A DNA stretch of 35,119 nucleotides, taken from contig OZ237769.1 of assembly GCA_965178125.1 (NCBI GenBank), forward strand, positions 620,001-655,119, read 5' to 3'. Positions within the stretch are counted from its first letter, which is position 1. Every line of letters begins with the position of its first letter. This document shows, piece by piece, positions 11,439 through 25,400 of the stretch. A model generated the notes under the pieces. That model had not been told where the DNA came from, made no database searches, and worked only from the letters and a program-made list of their open reading frames with translations. The translations under genes and the position numbers were made by a program. This stretch comes from Bilabrum cf. latius. Lineage: Eukaryota.

Positions 11439-14400
11439 TCAGCTCCCGGCGCCCCATGGGGAGGCCATGGGCCCAGTCCCAGCCCCAGTCCCAGCCCCAG
11501 TCGCCCCAGCCGCCACAGGCCCATCCGAGAACTTGGACCCCGCCACCTCCCTGTGCCTCGCCCCGTCCGCTCGCTCCCTCGCCCGCCGAAGCCGAAACAA
11601 ACCCTCGTCCACGTGCTTTAGTCGATCAGACGCCAGCATCTCCATCACCTCCCCCTGTGCGGCAGGAGGCACAGCCCCAGGGGGCAGCAGCTGCCCCAGC
11701 GCGGCCTGCACCCACTCCCGCGCGACCCCTCCCCCCAGCTGCCTCAGCTTCCTCACCATCGCGGAGACACTGCCCGTCCTGCCGTCGATCACACGAGAAG
11801 TCATCGTCACCAGGGCAGCCTCCAGACCAGCACGCACCAGCGCAGCCCCGGCCCTGCGGATCTCGGACGACGCCCTGCCCATCGCTGCCCCCTGCACCGC
11901 ACCTGAGCTCGCACCTGTGCCTGCGCTAGCGCCAGTTTGCTGCTGCCTGCCTGCCGCTAAACATGCATCGCCCAGCATCGATACGGCCCTGCACGCCTGC
12001 ATCGCCACGTCCAGATTCACCGCGGGCAGCGCCCGAACCGCGAGTTCCAGGGCGCGGGGCAGCCCCGGCCAGGAGGATACCACAGGCCCGCACAGCGAGG
12101 CCGCGGTGCCCAGCAGCTGCAGGCCGCGGTACACGAAATCCGCTTGTTCCCTGGCCCGCTGCTGCACGGCCGCTCCATCGACGGGTCCCGTGCCCAGGAC
12201 CCTGTCCACCACGGCACCCACGGCCTCCAGCGCCATCATCTCGCAGGCCCCTCGAGTCGGAGGGGGCACGTGCTCGGGCCTGGCCTTGTGGCAGCAAGTG
12301 GCCAGCAGGCTCTGCACCAACTCCAGCAGTACCTGGTCCTGACCATGACCAAAGATGAACGGGAGGGCCGGCCGCAGGTGCTGCACCAGCCCCAGGGAAC
12401 AAGGCCGCTGCACTTGCACGATGGTCCTTGCGGCTTCCAGCCAGGCACCCACCGCGTCCACCTGCCCTATCCTCCTCCTCAGCGCCTGCATGAGCAGGGG
12501 CCACAGCTGGTCCAGCACCCTCTTCACCACCCGCATGCTGCCTGCATCGGGAGCGGGCCACTGGGAGTCCCGGCCCGTCCATCCACCCATCGCATACGGC
12601 CTGCCGCGGCGGGCAGGCAGCTGCAGCCCCTCGAGCTCCACGAGAGGAGCTGCACCGGACCGCTGGGCTTCGGCGCGGGCCAGTGCACTCGTCACAGCAG
12701 CGGCTTCTTCCCTGGCCCTGGCTGCATCCGCGCGCACCGCCGGCACCTCGAGAGCGAGGGGGGAGTAGAAGCAGGCATCGAGGTCCTGCAGCGCCAACAG
12801 GACGGGCTAAGGGTCGGAGAGTGGCCCCTGCGACTTGGCGTCTGCCGCCAGGCGGTCTACCGCGGGCTTGAGGACGGCCTTGAGCCGGCCCTCTGCCTGG
12901 GACTCGTCGGTGGACGCGAGGGCGGCGGGGGCCAGGCGGTGGAAGCAGTTGTCTCGGATGGTGGGACGGGCCGACAGGGCAAGAGCCACCATCTGGCCCT
13001 GCAGGTCCGGGGGCAGCGCATGGGAGGCGTCCCGCAGGAAATAGCCGAGGGCGTTGCCAGCCTGCACGCTGAACGAGGGGTGCGGGCGCTGCACGGCCAT
13101 GCGCAGCAGCCCCGCGCACTTGGGCAGCACCGAGGGGACTCGCACCATGTGTTCCCTGTACACGGTCACCAGCCTGCACATGGTGGCCACGCACTCGGGC
13201 TCCCGCGGGTACTGGTCCAGACCCTGCAGCACGCTCCTGACCAGAGGTGCCATGGAGAAAGGCACCTCTCTGTGGATCCCTCGGAGCGCGTACAGGGCCG
13301 CCTCGACCCCCCGCCAGGTGCCAACCAGTCGCGCGGGCCCTGCGGCAGAGGGCTTCCCTCGCCTGCCGCTGCCCTTGGTCTCCCTGTACGCCCTCATCTG
13401 CCCCTGCAGCTGCTGCAGCAGCATGGTGGCCACCTATCTGGTCCCGCACAGCCTGCATGCGTCCCCCAGCAGCCCGCACACCGCATACCTCCACTCCAGC
13501 AAAAAGGCGTCCTGCCTGTCCTTTGGCATGTCCTCGTACCCCTCAGGCACTTCGATCGCGCCCAGCACCGCCGCGGCCAGCTCCGTGTAGGCCCGCTGCA
13601 CCAGCCCATGCACCGCCTCCGTGGTCCGCCTCACCACGATGGGCCTGTCCTCGTCCCCACTGCTGCTGCCTCCCTCCTCCTTGCCCTCCCTGAGCTCCCC
13701 TTCCTCCTCCCCCTTGTCCTGATCGTCCCCGTGCTCCTCCTCCGAGTCATCCCCGTCCCCGCCACCACCGGCGATCGACCTCGGCCCCAGCACCACCCTA
13801 GAGACCTCGGCCCACGCAGACAGCGTCAGCTCGGCCACCTCGTGGTCCCTGCTGCCAGTGCACCTCACCAGGGCCTGCAGCAGACCCCCGTACAGCGCAC
13901 CGTGCGGCCGCAGCAACACCCTCGCGCTGCAGTTCGCCGCCCAGCTGACCACCTCCACCATGCGTGCCGCGCCCACATCGTCCCCCGCCTCCTGGCACGC
14001 GACCCCGACCCCCGCGCACTCGCTCGCCTCCCGACACACCAGCCGGAGGAGCCCCTCGGGCCCCCGGGTGTCCCCCGGGTCTGGCACAGCACCTGCACCT
14101 GCACCTACACCTGCACTGGCCCCGGCCCCGGCCCCGCCTGCTCCCCGAGCCTGCCCCACACTGCTGCTGCTCTTAGTCGTCATCCCCTAGGCTCGGGGTA
14201 CCGTCTGCCGCAGGTGCACGATTGCCTCGTCCGAGACCCGCTGGATGGCCGCGTGAGCTGCCTTGAAGGCCGACTGCAGCACCCCGTCCATGGCCGAGAG
14301 ACGGACCAGTCCGGGGGGAGGGGCCTGCCCGCCCGGGGCGGTGGCCCTTGCCCTCAGGAGCTGGAATGCCCTCTGCACCAGTCGAGAGGGAGGCGCGATT

Positions 14401-15164
14401 TCCCTGGCCCCCATGGCCTTGTAGTCCAGCCACTCGGCCATGCAGTCCATCGCGGCGCACACCGCCCCCGGCCTGCCCTTAGACCCCGCCATGACTGCGT
14501 CCAGCAGGGCTGCCACCTTGGGCCGGGCGGCGATGAGCTCATCCTGTAGCGCGGCATACCTGCCCCTGCCGATGGCCTTCTTGCGGTGGGCTAGCTCCCG
14601 GGCGCGGGGCATCTCCGAGAGGACCGAGAGCAGTACGGGCTGGCCGGCGGGGGGCAGCCCGGAGGCAGGACCACCCGACCCACTGGCTGCATTGCACTTT
14701 GTGGTAATCGCAGAGCGAATCGAGTCCACCACGCCGGTCCAGTCTGTCCATTGACACGCCAGCGACGCCAGAGCGACAGCTGCCGGTCGCTGCACGGACT
14801 AGAGTCCCGTGCCACCACGCGCGGTAGTGCACCTCAGCAGCACCTCCAGCAGCATGTCTCTCAGATTTGGCCAGAATTTCTTGTTCAGTCTTGCCAAGTC
14901 CTCGATTACTTTGTCCTCCAGGGTTTTGGCCGCCCATTGCAGTTCCGGCTCGTTGGGTGCATGATTCATATCGAGCTTCAGCAGATTGATTGCGGACATC
15001 CAACCGGCATCGCACCGCCTGACGTCTGCAATGTATTCCGTGGCTCGCTCCCTTTCGTCTTTCGGGGCAAGGCCGGCTGCCACAGCATGAAGGGCACCGC
15101 GAACTTTGGCCTCGTTGAACGGTGGGCCCAGAAATGTCAGCCCCTCTGGTAGCAATGAGGCCAT
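11439..15164 (-). CDS. TNPO3: Importin-beta family karyopherin, transportin-3/Mtr10/importin-13-like, ~1,241 aa, apparently intronless, 4 in-frame TAG
   Basis: Five same-frame ORF fragments separated only by TAG (14799, 14187, 13434, 12807) and ending in TGA (11439). IBN_N-like ERATEYIADVRRCDAGW..A..LL...ELQWAAKTLEDKVIEDL; AVALASLACQWTDW; LSVLSEMP; WRGVEAALYALRGI. Subfamily is inferred. Confidence 0.78.
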
Positions 15165-15352
15165 GACCACCACCTATGCACACGCTATTTGAACTTAAGC
15201 GTAACTATGCGCAGCCTGTAGTTTGCTGGGTTTCTAATGCATGCAGCATGGTGGTGTTGATGGCCGCACTGCACTCATCACTGCGCCACTGGCAGCAAGG
15301 ACACGGTGGGATCCGTGTGCCTCGCAGAGGTAGTAGGGCAGATAAAACCGGC

Positions 15353-16606
15353 ATGAGTAGTCTGCGAGCTATCATTGAGCAGCGCCGGGCCAAAGCCTCC
15401 GCGAGTTCAGCGCCAGCTGCCGTCTCAAAGCGATTCGTGCGGCGTGGAGAGCTGCGAGCCAAAGGGTCGACAGCCGGCGAGCGCCGGGGCCGCAGCGAGC
15501 AAGATTCGGAGAACCCCAGTTCAGAAGCAGAATCGCAGCCGCGTAAGAGGTCTCGAACGGAACCGAGCACCAATCAAGCATCGGCTGGTGCCAAGTCTGC
15601 AGCACCGGACATTCCAGGAGCATCGCAAGACAAAGATAGTTTCGACCGAGCTTGCAGCGTGCTCAGATCGCAAGGCATGCCGATTCGACTTTTTGGAGAG
15701 AGCGAATAGGACGTAGCACGCAGGGCCAGCCAGTACTCCCGCGGAGACGACGTGCTTGGCACCCGCTTAGGCCTCGAGCACCACCTCGGCGTGAGGCGAC
15801 GCACGGGGATGGAGGGCTTGCAGGAATACGGAGCACCTTCCATTCATGAGGCGGGGAAATCTGCTCCGCCCTCGCTCCCTGCTGGGAGTGCCTCGGCGGG
15901 TGCACCGGCGCCCTCCTCCTCCTCCTTCTCTTCGTCCTCGTCAATGCCGGCGAGCGCGACCCCGAGCCACTCCCTGTCCTCGTCCGCAGACCAGTTCTCG
16001 TTGGCCGGTGCCCAGTTCGTGCCCCCCCGGGACAGGGCAGAGGCTCTCTCCCGCATGGCCCGAGTGGCGGGCTACTTCCAGGGGCTCTTGCGGGGTTGGG
16101 AGAACGAGTGCGAGGCCAGGGAACAGGGGGTTGCTGGGGCACGCGAGGGCAAGGGGGGCACTGCGGCTGACCGCGCCGTGGGTACGAGCCAGAGGAAGAG
16201 GATCCAAGCTGAGCTACGCCGGTGCAGCGAGTACCTGCTTCCGCTGTGGGGGGCGTGCAGGGAGGGCACTCTGCCTCTGGACGTGCTGGGGCACCTGGAG
16301 GGCATGGCGGGGGCGCTGGCCAAGGGGAGTGTGACGAGGGCGCTGCAGCACCACGTGCAGTGGAGCGTGGGAGAGCAGGACTGGATCGTGGGTGTGACGA
16401 CGACGGGGATCCACGCCCGCGCGGGGCGCAACAAGCTGTTCGAGCAGGATGTGGCGCACGTGATGAACGACGAGAGGCAGAGGAAGATGGCCGTGGGGAT
16501 CAGGGCACTCATTGCCTTCGCGCAGAGGAGCGGAGAGGGCGTGTCCGCACGAAAAAGTGCCGAGGTGGGCTCCTCGGCCGGGAATGTGAAGAAGGGCTCT
16601 AGCTGA
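15353..16606 (+). CDS. PRPF18: Pre-mRNA splicing factor Prp18, ~417 aa, 1 in-frame TAG
   Basis: N-terminal KRFVRRGEL; splicing-factor motif LRSQGMPIRLFGESE*D (TAG at 15707); C-terminal SVGEQDWIVGVTTTGIHARAGRNKLF..DVAHVMNDERQRK matching the Prp18 motif IGNAPWPIGVTMVGIHAR..REKI...VAHVLNDETQRK. TGA stop. Confidence 0.92.
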
Positions 16607-16845
16607 TGCCGACGGCTGCGAGGACTAGGCCTATCCGCGGTCAGCATAAGAGTGGGGGTCAGTGCTCCCAGCTGTTTATGCATGGATTCTCGTCAGTGGT
16701 GGCCTCTGCTGATGGCATGCTGTGCATGCACTCTCGCACTGCACTGCCAGCTTGATCGACAGTGTGGACGAACGTCATCCACAAATCACATCGAATACAC
16801 GTCGAACAACAGATTGTTGACGCAAAGTTTGTAAATATTACTACA

Positions 16846-18249
16846 ATGGCAAGTGAAGCGGCCTAGAGACGGGCTGTACTCGCAAGACAAGCGGTTGCAC
16901 TGGGCTCAACGCAAGTGGCCGCAGAGTCGGAGCTTGCCGCTGCCGCAGAGGCAGATAGCTACAGAGTGCGAGTGGATGAAACAAAGAAAAGAGCTGTGAT
17001 GGAGGCACCAACCTACGACCAGTTTCATCAAAGGGTTCTGGCCACTGACCTCGTTCCATTGGCAGGCAAGCAGATTCAAGGCGAGCTGCTTGGAGGGCAG
17101 CGACCTGCTGGCTCTCAGGAAACGTCAGCTGGAGATACACAATTATCTGGTATTTCACCGGCTGACGGGGCATTTCTCTTGGATCTAACGCTGCCTAAAT
17201 CAGAGAGAGGCGGCGCATCAGGCAGTGGACTCAGGTCTTGGACGTAGCTTGCCGCAGCTTCTGCAGCGAACGATGCGGATCGTTTGCTTTCTGGCACATG
17301 GGCAGATGGAATGCCCCGACTGGGTAGGCGTCGTGGCGTGGCAGCTTCCCGCGATGCCCGCCGCCCGCCCGCTCCCGTGTACACGCCGTCCACTCACGAG
17401 CGGCTGTCCCTGTCGGCCATCGCGGCAGAGGCGCTGCGACCCTGCGGTGGTGTCTAGGGCGCTGTGGCAGCAGGTGGGGATAGTGGGGCGGCTGGGGAGG
17501 GCGTCGTGGCGGCCGCATCCAGTGTGACCAGTGCATCAGCAGCAGCTAGATCTACTCAGGGCCCTGGCACCAGTGCTGGCAAGAGCAAGAGTAAGGGGAA
17601 AGCCAAGGGGGGGAAGAAAGGGGCCTCTTCCCTCCCACGCACTCTGATGCAGCTGGAGAGGGACTGGAGAAGGGAGTCCCGGGCAGCAACAGGGCAAGGG
17701 CAAGGCTATGGGCTTGGTGCTCGGGATGGCAGAGTGACGCTCATGCGGGGGCTGGGGCCCAGGCGGCTGGCCCGCCTGACTGGCCTGGAGGTGGATGCCG
17801 GTCTGCTGGGTGACGTGCTGCAGCTGGCGGAGCGGTATGGTCCATCCCAGGGAACAGGGGAGCTTCATGCGGCTGGAGGGGCTGGCGAGATGCAGAAGAC
17901 GGACTCACGGGCTGAGGCCCAGGCCCAGACCCGCTGGGACAGGGAGGCCTTGGGGTGGGTGGAGGCAGTGATGGTGGACAGAACACCGAGGGAACAATCC
18001 AGGTTGCCGTGGGCTAAGGGATACGTGGCTCCGGGGGGAGACGGGGCGGGGGTAGCTGACCCCGGCGCTATGATAGGCACGGCTCGACAGCTGAGGATAT
18101 CCGGTCCTGCCCGGCTGGCGTGGACGCTGGTGCGAGCCGAGGCACGGGAGGCTTGCAAGGCGTTCTTGGGGCGGTGCGTGGGGTACGGAGCTGGCGCAGA
18201 AGATGTGAGTGCGAGGGCCAGGCAATTGCAGGAGGCTCTGCTTGGTTGA
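16846..18249 (+). CDS. CCDC103: CCDC103/DNAAF19-like axonemal dynein attachment factor, ~467 aa, 3 in-frame TAG
   Basis: N-terminal ESELAAAAEADSYRVRVDETKKRAVMEAPTYDQFHQRVLATDLVPL (dynein attachment factor N-domain) and RPAP3_C-like LPRTLMQLERDWRR...LMRGLGPRRLARL..LEVDAGLLGDVL. TAG at 16864, 17245 and 17455. TGA stop. Confidence 0.85.
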
Positions 18250-19493
18250 GCGCTGGCATCCAGATATATGTTCCATGTTGGCGGCCATATGTCGCACGTG
18301 TGAAGCTAAGACTACCAGAAATGTGCTATCTGTATCCTAGACGTCTATTTAGTTTTTCAACTGCGATCTCATATTTAGATATCCGATCTCATGTTTGAAA
18401 GTACACCTTACCCCTCAGAGTTGCTCGTGATGATCCGGATAGCGCAAACTAGTCTCCCAATCAATCAGACATGGCAAGTCCTTGACAAAGCTTTGCAGGA
18501 TGGCGCTGCTCTAGGCCTGTTTATCCAGGTCCGAGCTGAGCCACTGCACCACTCAGCCGAGGAGGAGGGGGAACTGGGAGGGTGGGAAAACGAGTTAACC
18601 CAAACTCCGTCCCTCTCCTGAACACAGAGAGAGCTGCAACACATAAATCCGGTGCGCGTCGATCACGGTTGCGACCGGCCCTATACCGTAACAAACGGGG
18701 AGACATGGCAACCTGCGCTCCCATTATCGCATCAAACCCGAACCCCATCCGGCGTAAGGTATAACAAATTATTCTGGTAGACTATTATTCTGGTATTCCA
18801 CAAAATATCAGATCCCCCCCTCACTTTTGGTCCCCGGAAAGGGGAGGGTCCTGAACACTGTGAACAGTCCGGGGGTCCGTAGACCAGGCCTGCCGACTCG
18901 TGCAGCGACCAAGATTCGCTCCGGCCAAATATCGTCCATTCCTACCGGGGATTTGGTAATTTGCAGCCAGTAGCGGTATAGGTGAGGCCAACTAGTGCCC
19001 CAAGTGCTGGTTCTGGCCCGATGTCTGCCTCTAGTTTTCGAGAGGCACCGAACCGCCCCTTCACATTGTACAAGCACATACTTTCGTAAGCTAAGCTACA
19101 GTTCAAAAATGGAAATTGTAGCCAGGTTTCGTCCCCTTGCTAAGGTAGCTACATGTACCCGTACCCATACTGACCAATACAGCTGAGTCCTGGCAGAGGG
19201 GACCCGCATGTCGTGCTTCCTACCTTTTTCATGCATTTTCTGCTCCTCTATCGCAGATAAATAGTCGACAATAGGTAGCTTTTTTTGTCAAACTCCATGA
19301 TTTTGCTGGTAAGTCAATCTGTAGCCCAACAATATTTTCCACAAACGACAAAACGTGTTTTCCACCCACTGCCAGTGGCAGCGTGGATGGCCCTCCGAGG
19401 AGTCCCTTCCCCGTCGCCAGAGCGGATTCAAAGAGCAGGTGCACTGGGGCTGGGATTAGGGGTGCGGGGCAAGTATGGTATCATAGCCGGGTC

Positions 19494-22400
19494 ATGCACT
19501 CCTATTTCTCCCGACTTTTATCAGCCAGTCTCCCCTCACAGCAGCCAGTCCTGCTCCTGCTGCAGTTCCTCTGGAGCATAGCCCAGCCAGCCCCGAATGA
19601 GGCCCGCCAGGTCATGCAGACTGACGCACTTGATCCAGATGGGATTAACCACCTTAACATGGGGCAACAGGGTAGCCATCGCGACCGAAGGCTCAACCTG
19701 GCAGATGATGGGTACGTAACTTTGAGCTCCGGGGCGAACGGGATGCCAGCCCTGCCCGCGAGCACAGCGTTCGGAACGTGCATCGCAAACCTGGGAAACC
19801 TCGACAACGATACAAACGGGCTTCCGGAGGTTTTTGTGGGAGCCAGAAAAGGTGCCAGTGCCAGCAACATCGGGACGAGCTTCATTGTGTCGCTCACAGC
19901 GACGGGCACGGTGGCTTGGACCAAAGAGGTCGGGTAGGCCAACCTGGCGGATGGGTCAGGTGAGCGGTTCGGGGAGGACTGCATCTCTCTAGGACGGATG
20001 ACGGTCGATTCAAATCGCACCACTGTGGCAATTACTACGCTGGAAAAATTCAGGTTATGGCTGATCAACCTGAGACCGAACGGTGAGGTGGCTAGCTACT
20101 AGGTCATCTCGACGACGACGGGACTTGAGCCTGGCGTGACCTTCAACCAGTAGATTCGAAGTGTAGCCGCCCCCGGTGATGTTGATGGAAACGGAGTGCA
20201 GGATCTGCTGGTCAACGAGTGGGACTTGGGAGGTTCCAACTACAGGACGTCTCTCCTTTTCCTAACCGTAAGGGGCACTGTTCGGGAGGTCTTCGAGCTC
20301 TCGATACCGAACGCTGATGACGGTAGATTTCGGACCTTGAGAGTAGCCCCCATGGACCCATGGACGTCTAGCAGCATCACCATAGCCACTTCAGATTACC
20401 GCGAGGGGTTCCCAAGGGGAGTTCGGATCTTCGAGATGGAAAGGAACTCAACCACGCCTGCCTTCACTCTGGTAGGATCCGTACTTACGACGTCGGACAA
20501 CTTCTGCTGCTCGACGCTGCTCTCGAGATCATTTGCATTTTTAGCAATATGGATACCAGAGTAAGACGTATATTGACAGCAGGGCCTGCTGTGGATGTAT
20601 AGCGGTTGCTCAATCACGTGATCCATTGCTACTGCTTTGACCCTGCCACGCTTCCCGCGCCTCCCCCCGCAGCCAAGACGCCGACTCCAACCCCGAGCTG
20701 GTGATCACAGACTTTAGATACAACAATGACAGAGGGAGGGCATACTTGGTGTACCTGAATGCCACCTACGGGATAAAGGGCATGGTGCCTTTTGGTCCGG
20801 GGCAGGATTACATGCAAGTATCATCCAGCCCTGCCAAGTATTTCGGCACGGCGGTCGACTTTATCGGCAATCTTGGTAATGGTGGCAAGCCAACACTCAT
20901 GGTAGGCAGCAATTATGGCTTAGCAGGGGCTTCTGGCCGAAAAGGCAATGCATGGGTCCAGACGATGCCCGAGGGGGTCGCCGTGGTCACCTCATCCCAC
21001 CGCATCGCAAGCAACTAGGGCGGCATTGGCTCGGTCTCGGGCAGCAAGTTCGGTACTGCCGTCTGTGCCATCGGAGACCTGAATCGGGACGGGATCAATG
21101 ACATGGCCATCGGGCAGGCCTCTGGTGCCTTGCCCACCAGAGGCAATGTGCGGATCGCCTTCATGGACGCTGACGGGACGGTGGGCTCTGTGCAGACCAT
21201 CTCCAGCACCAACGGCATGGGAAATAGTATAACACGTCAATTTGGAATCTACATGGCATTCCTCAATAGACAGACAGGGTCATCCTACGATACCCTAATA
21301 GTTTCAGATGACTTTGACAGCAACGATGGCTACGAGCGTGGGGCGCTGTGGATCCTGGAGCTAACGACGACAGGCTCTGTGCAGTCCAAGCAGCGCATCG
21401 GGGACAACGAAGGTCTCAATGGACAAGGAAGACTTGGTCTGTAGAGCCGTGACCATTTTGGCCGCTCAGTGGCCGTGGTGGGCGACATCGATTCCGATGG
21501 GCGAGTAGAGATCGCAGTTGGGGCCGAGCACTTAGTATCTGCCGGTTCGGGCACCTTGTTCATCATGTCACTCTTCCAGAATCACACGGTGGCCTAGTGG
21601 AGCAAAGTATCTGCCACAGAGGGGGGATACTAGCCATCACCCTTCGATACCAGGATGTACCAGAGCCTTGCAGCAATCGCAGACTTGGACCAAGACGGAG
21701 TGCCAGACGTAGCTACCGGCACCAACTTCGTATCTGACTGCGGAAGCAGATGCGGGGCCGTCATTGTCTTTTTCCTTCATTCGAACGGCACCGTCAAGGA
21801 CCAGCAGCGGATCTCACATAACACAGGCGGTCTTGGGTCTGTCCTTGCGGCGGGCGACAACTTCGGCCGCGGGCTCTACTCGCCCGGTGACTGGAACGGC
21901 GATGAGATTCCAGACCTGCTGGTGGGCAGCTACAAAGATCCTGACGGGGGCAGCGCGCGAGGTGCATTCTACCTTATGTACATGAATCGCGATGGCACGG
22001 TCAAGTCGTCGGTCAAGTTCTCAGACACCAAAGGGCAGCTGGATGTAGACATCAAAGCTGGAGACAACTTTGGCTACTCGTTCATGCTGCTGTCATCGAG
22101 CATAGGCAACAACCATAGGATTGCTGTGGGTCCATCTACTGACTCTGGCTACGTGGAGGTGATTGATATCTTCTCAGCCGCATCCCTGGCATCTCCATCT
22201 CCGTCGCCTACCCCATCTGTGACTCCCTCGACCTCCAGCAGTCCCACGCCAAGCATTACGTCTAGTGTCACCAGCAGTCCCAGCAGCTCGCCCACGCCGA
22301 GCATTACGTCTAGTGTCACACCGAGCCCTTCCAACAGCCCAACGCCCTCAAATAGCCCCACGCCCAGTGTAACGCCCAGTGTAACGCCGACCGCGACCCC

Positions 22401-25400
22401 GTCCATCACCCCAACTACGACACCCAGCACCACACCAGGACCCGTCGCCTCCACGGCCCTGTGGGCAGCAGCCAGCCAAGAAGCGTCGCTGCCTCACTCC
22501 AACGGCCCTGCTTTGGTGCTGCAGGGCACAGGGCCGCTGGTGCAGCTGGCGCGGGTGACGGGATACTCTGGCGCTGCGGTGGATCTACTGGCGGGCGTGG
22601 AGTTGCTGGTGGGACCGTACAGCTGTGTTGGGGTGCAGGCCATCCCGTCAGACACGTAGGGCAGTCAGCTGCGGTCAGATGAAGACTTCTCCATCAAGTG
22701 CCCCAGCCTGCCAGAGGGGGCAGGCGGGCCGCACCCGGTCACCCTCAAGCACGTGCTGGGCAGCATCGATGTGGTACAGGAGGAAGGCTCATCGACCCCG
22801 CTGTTGCTGTCGTATGACCCCCCCAGCATCGCGGACGTGACGCCTCGTGCCATAGAGCTGACGGCCATTGCCAACTTGACCTTTGCCATCACGGGGGAGG
22901 GTTTCGGGCCCACTCCTGGCATGCTGGACTCTGTGTGGGTGGGTGGTGAGAGGTGCTACCGGGCTACGTGGGTGTCTTCCACCGAGGTGCGATGCGACGC
23001 TGTGAGAGCCGATCGATTCAGCACCAATGGCGTGGTGGTGCGAGTGCTGGCCACTGCAGCCGGCGCCGAGCCTGGATACATGGCTAGCATCAACGGGGAG
23101 CAGCGCATCACTTACCCGGACCCGCCCCGCCCTGTGGGAGCCTCCCCACAGGACATCCCGTGTCTGGGCCGGTCTAACGTGACAATCTTCGGCATCAACA
23201 TCGGACTTGAATCTGGATCGAATGCCGTGGTGCGAGCCACGATCGGCTCCCAGCCTGCCCCTCGCTTCCTCCGCGAGACGGATTTCTCCCTGCAGATAGA
23301 CGTGCCCCCGGGGGTGGGTAGAGACCAGAAGGTGGGTGTGGTGACCGCATCAGGCATCCAGGGCCAGTCGCTTCAGGGCATCCTGCAGTACGAGCCGCCC
23401 GAAGTGCAGGGCATCAGCACCTCTCCCGCCACCGTGTACTCAGCCCTGGATGAGCCATACAACGTGACCATTAGGGGTAGGAACTTCGGCCCCAGGGAGG
23501 TGGTGGCCATCCGCACCGCCACGGTGGGCGGCAACCGGTGCCCCCAGGTGCTGTCCGTCTCGGACAGCGAAATTCTGTGCGTGGGGGTAGAGGCGCCGTG
23601 GTCGGACAATGCAGTGCTGGTGGACGTGCAGGGGCAGACGGGCTTTGATCTGTCAGTGTTCGAGTACTAGCCCCCCGCCGTGGTATCCGGGCTCCAGCCG
23701 GCGAATGGCCCCACAGTGGGAGGCACTGTGGTCACCATCACCGGTAACGGACTGGGGTAGGTGGCTACCATGGATGTCGAGGCCGTATTCATCGGTGACA
23801 GAAGATGCACAGACATTTCGATCCCGGCGGCTCACGTGGGGTAGTAGATCGTGTGCAAGACACCCAGGGGAACGGGGGAGGGCAACGAGGTACTGGTGGT
23901 CACAACACGCAATGGCAATAGCACGTTCCAGGGGGAGAGCCGGGTCTCGTTTGACTACGATACTCCCAGCGTCAATGGCATCAGGGCGTGCCAGGGGCAG
24001 TGCGGGTCAATCGCACTGCGCGGACAGCAATCTCCTTGGAGCTAGACGGTGATTTATGCGGGCAACTTGAGTGCGAGTGCAAGGGCCACCGTGGATAACG
24101 CGGGGAACCACGATGGCCTGCTGACGGGAGCCAGGCTGGTGCACGCCACGGGCGGGGCGGCGCAGTGGTCGGTGGACTGCAGCCAGGTAGCGACGGAGCG
24201 TGCTGGCTCAAGCGAGCAGGACCAGATCGAGGCCGTGCAGTGCCAGGTGCCCAGGGTGCCAACGACGGGCGTGGCCAATGGCGAGTCCGCCGAGATCACG
24301 CTGGAGTTTGCCGTCGACGGACAGACCAGCACGGCAACCGGGACTGTATCGGCGCTGACAGTCGTGGGCGCCCCTCGAGTCGACAGCATCCAGCCAGCGG
24401 ATGCGCCTGCCACGGGGGGGAACGCCGTCCATCAGCTGACAATCCAGGGAGCCTCCAGCGCAATTGCGGCCCGGCTTCACGCTTCCTTGCTACAGCAGAC
24501 ATCGAGCACCCAAGTCATCGCGCGTCCGACCTGGCTGCTCTAGGACGGGTCTGTCAATAAAACCGCCCTGTTGCTCGCTGATGCATCCGCAGTGGTGCCA
24601 ACGGCCTTCTTGTTGGCGCCGGGAGCACCCGAACTGGACGACTGGGCGGACCTAGGCCTTGCCCAGGTGCGCGGGGCAGAGCTGGGCAGGTCCGCAGTAG
24701 GGCTGCTGCGTGCTACCGTCGGAGGCCGCCCGTGCCCTCTGGTTGCGTGGAGCACTCAGGAGGAGCTCTTCGTGGCCGTGCCCCCGGGGGTAGGAGCTGC
24801 GGCCAAGGTGCTGGTCCTAACGGCAGGAGGCCTCTCGAATCAAGACCAGGCCACCCCTGTGACGGTGAGCTACTCACCCCCTCAGGTCTTAGGGGTGTCC
24901 CCTCTAGTCGCATTGATGCCCCCCGACTGGGATGCAGGGGCTTCGGTGGACGTGCAGGTAGAGCTGACAGGTCTGGACCACGTGGCTGGACGGTCCAGCT
25001 CCGGTCCAGCCGTCTCGATCCAGCTATCGGACAGCACTGCAGGTCTGAACGCAGAATGCATTGCGCTGCAGCGTCTGGCAGACCAGGCCACCGGAACGCA
25101 GCGACTTTCGTGCCAGTTGCCCCTGCAGCCCTTTGATCCCGACTTAGCCCCCCTCCGAGACCTGGCTGTGCAGGTGCAGGTGGCAGACCAGAGCGTCACC
25201 ACGCAGGTGGGAGTACTCACGCTCGTGGGGCGGCCGATCGTCACGGGAATTCAGCCCAATGTGGCCAGAACGGCGGGCGAGGGGAATGCCACGCAGGCGC
25301 CCGTGACGCTGGAGGGGCAAGGCTTCGGCACACTGCCTGGGCACGTCGGCGGGGTTAAGGTGGGCGGGGTGCCGTGCCCGTTGGTGCAGTGGGTCAGCTC

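Noticed and set aside
12144-14549. 801-aa plus-strand ORF and similar long antisense or alternative-frame ORFs (e.g. 2479-3888, 6349-7572, 11926-13494)
   Set aside because: They are shadow ORFs of GC-rich coding sequence with no recognisable motifs, overlapping well-supported genes.
11439-15164. Small introns removing each TAG
   Set aside because: The flanking fragments stay in one frame with contiguous protein motifs and no consistent GT...AG pairs around the TAGs. The real introns in this window are 97-343 bp with clear donor and acceptor sites.
18250-19493. Additional gene in the longest intergenic gap
   Set aside because: Short ORFs on both strands, even with TAG read as sense, show no recognisable motif or the GC3 bias of neighbouring genes. 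Only a small duplicated attattctggta (~18768-18795) stands out.
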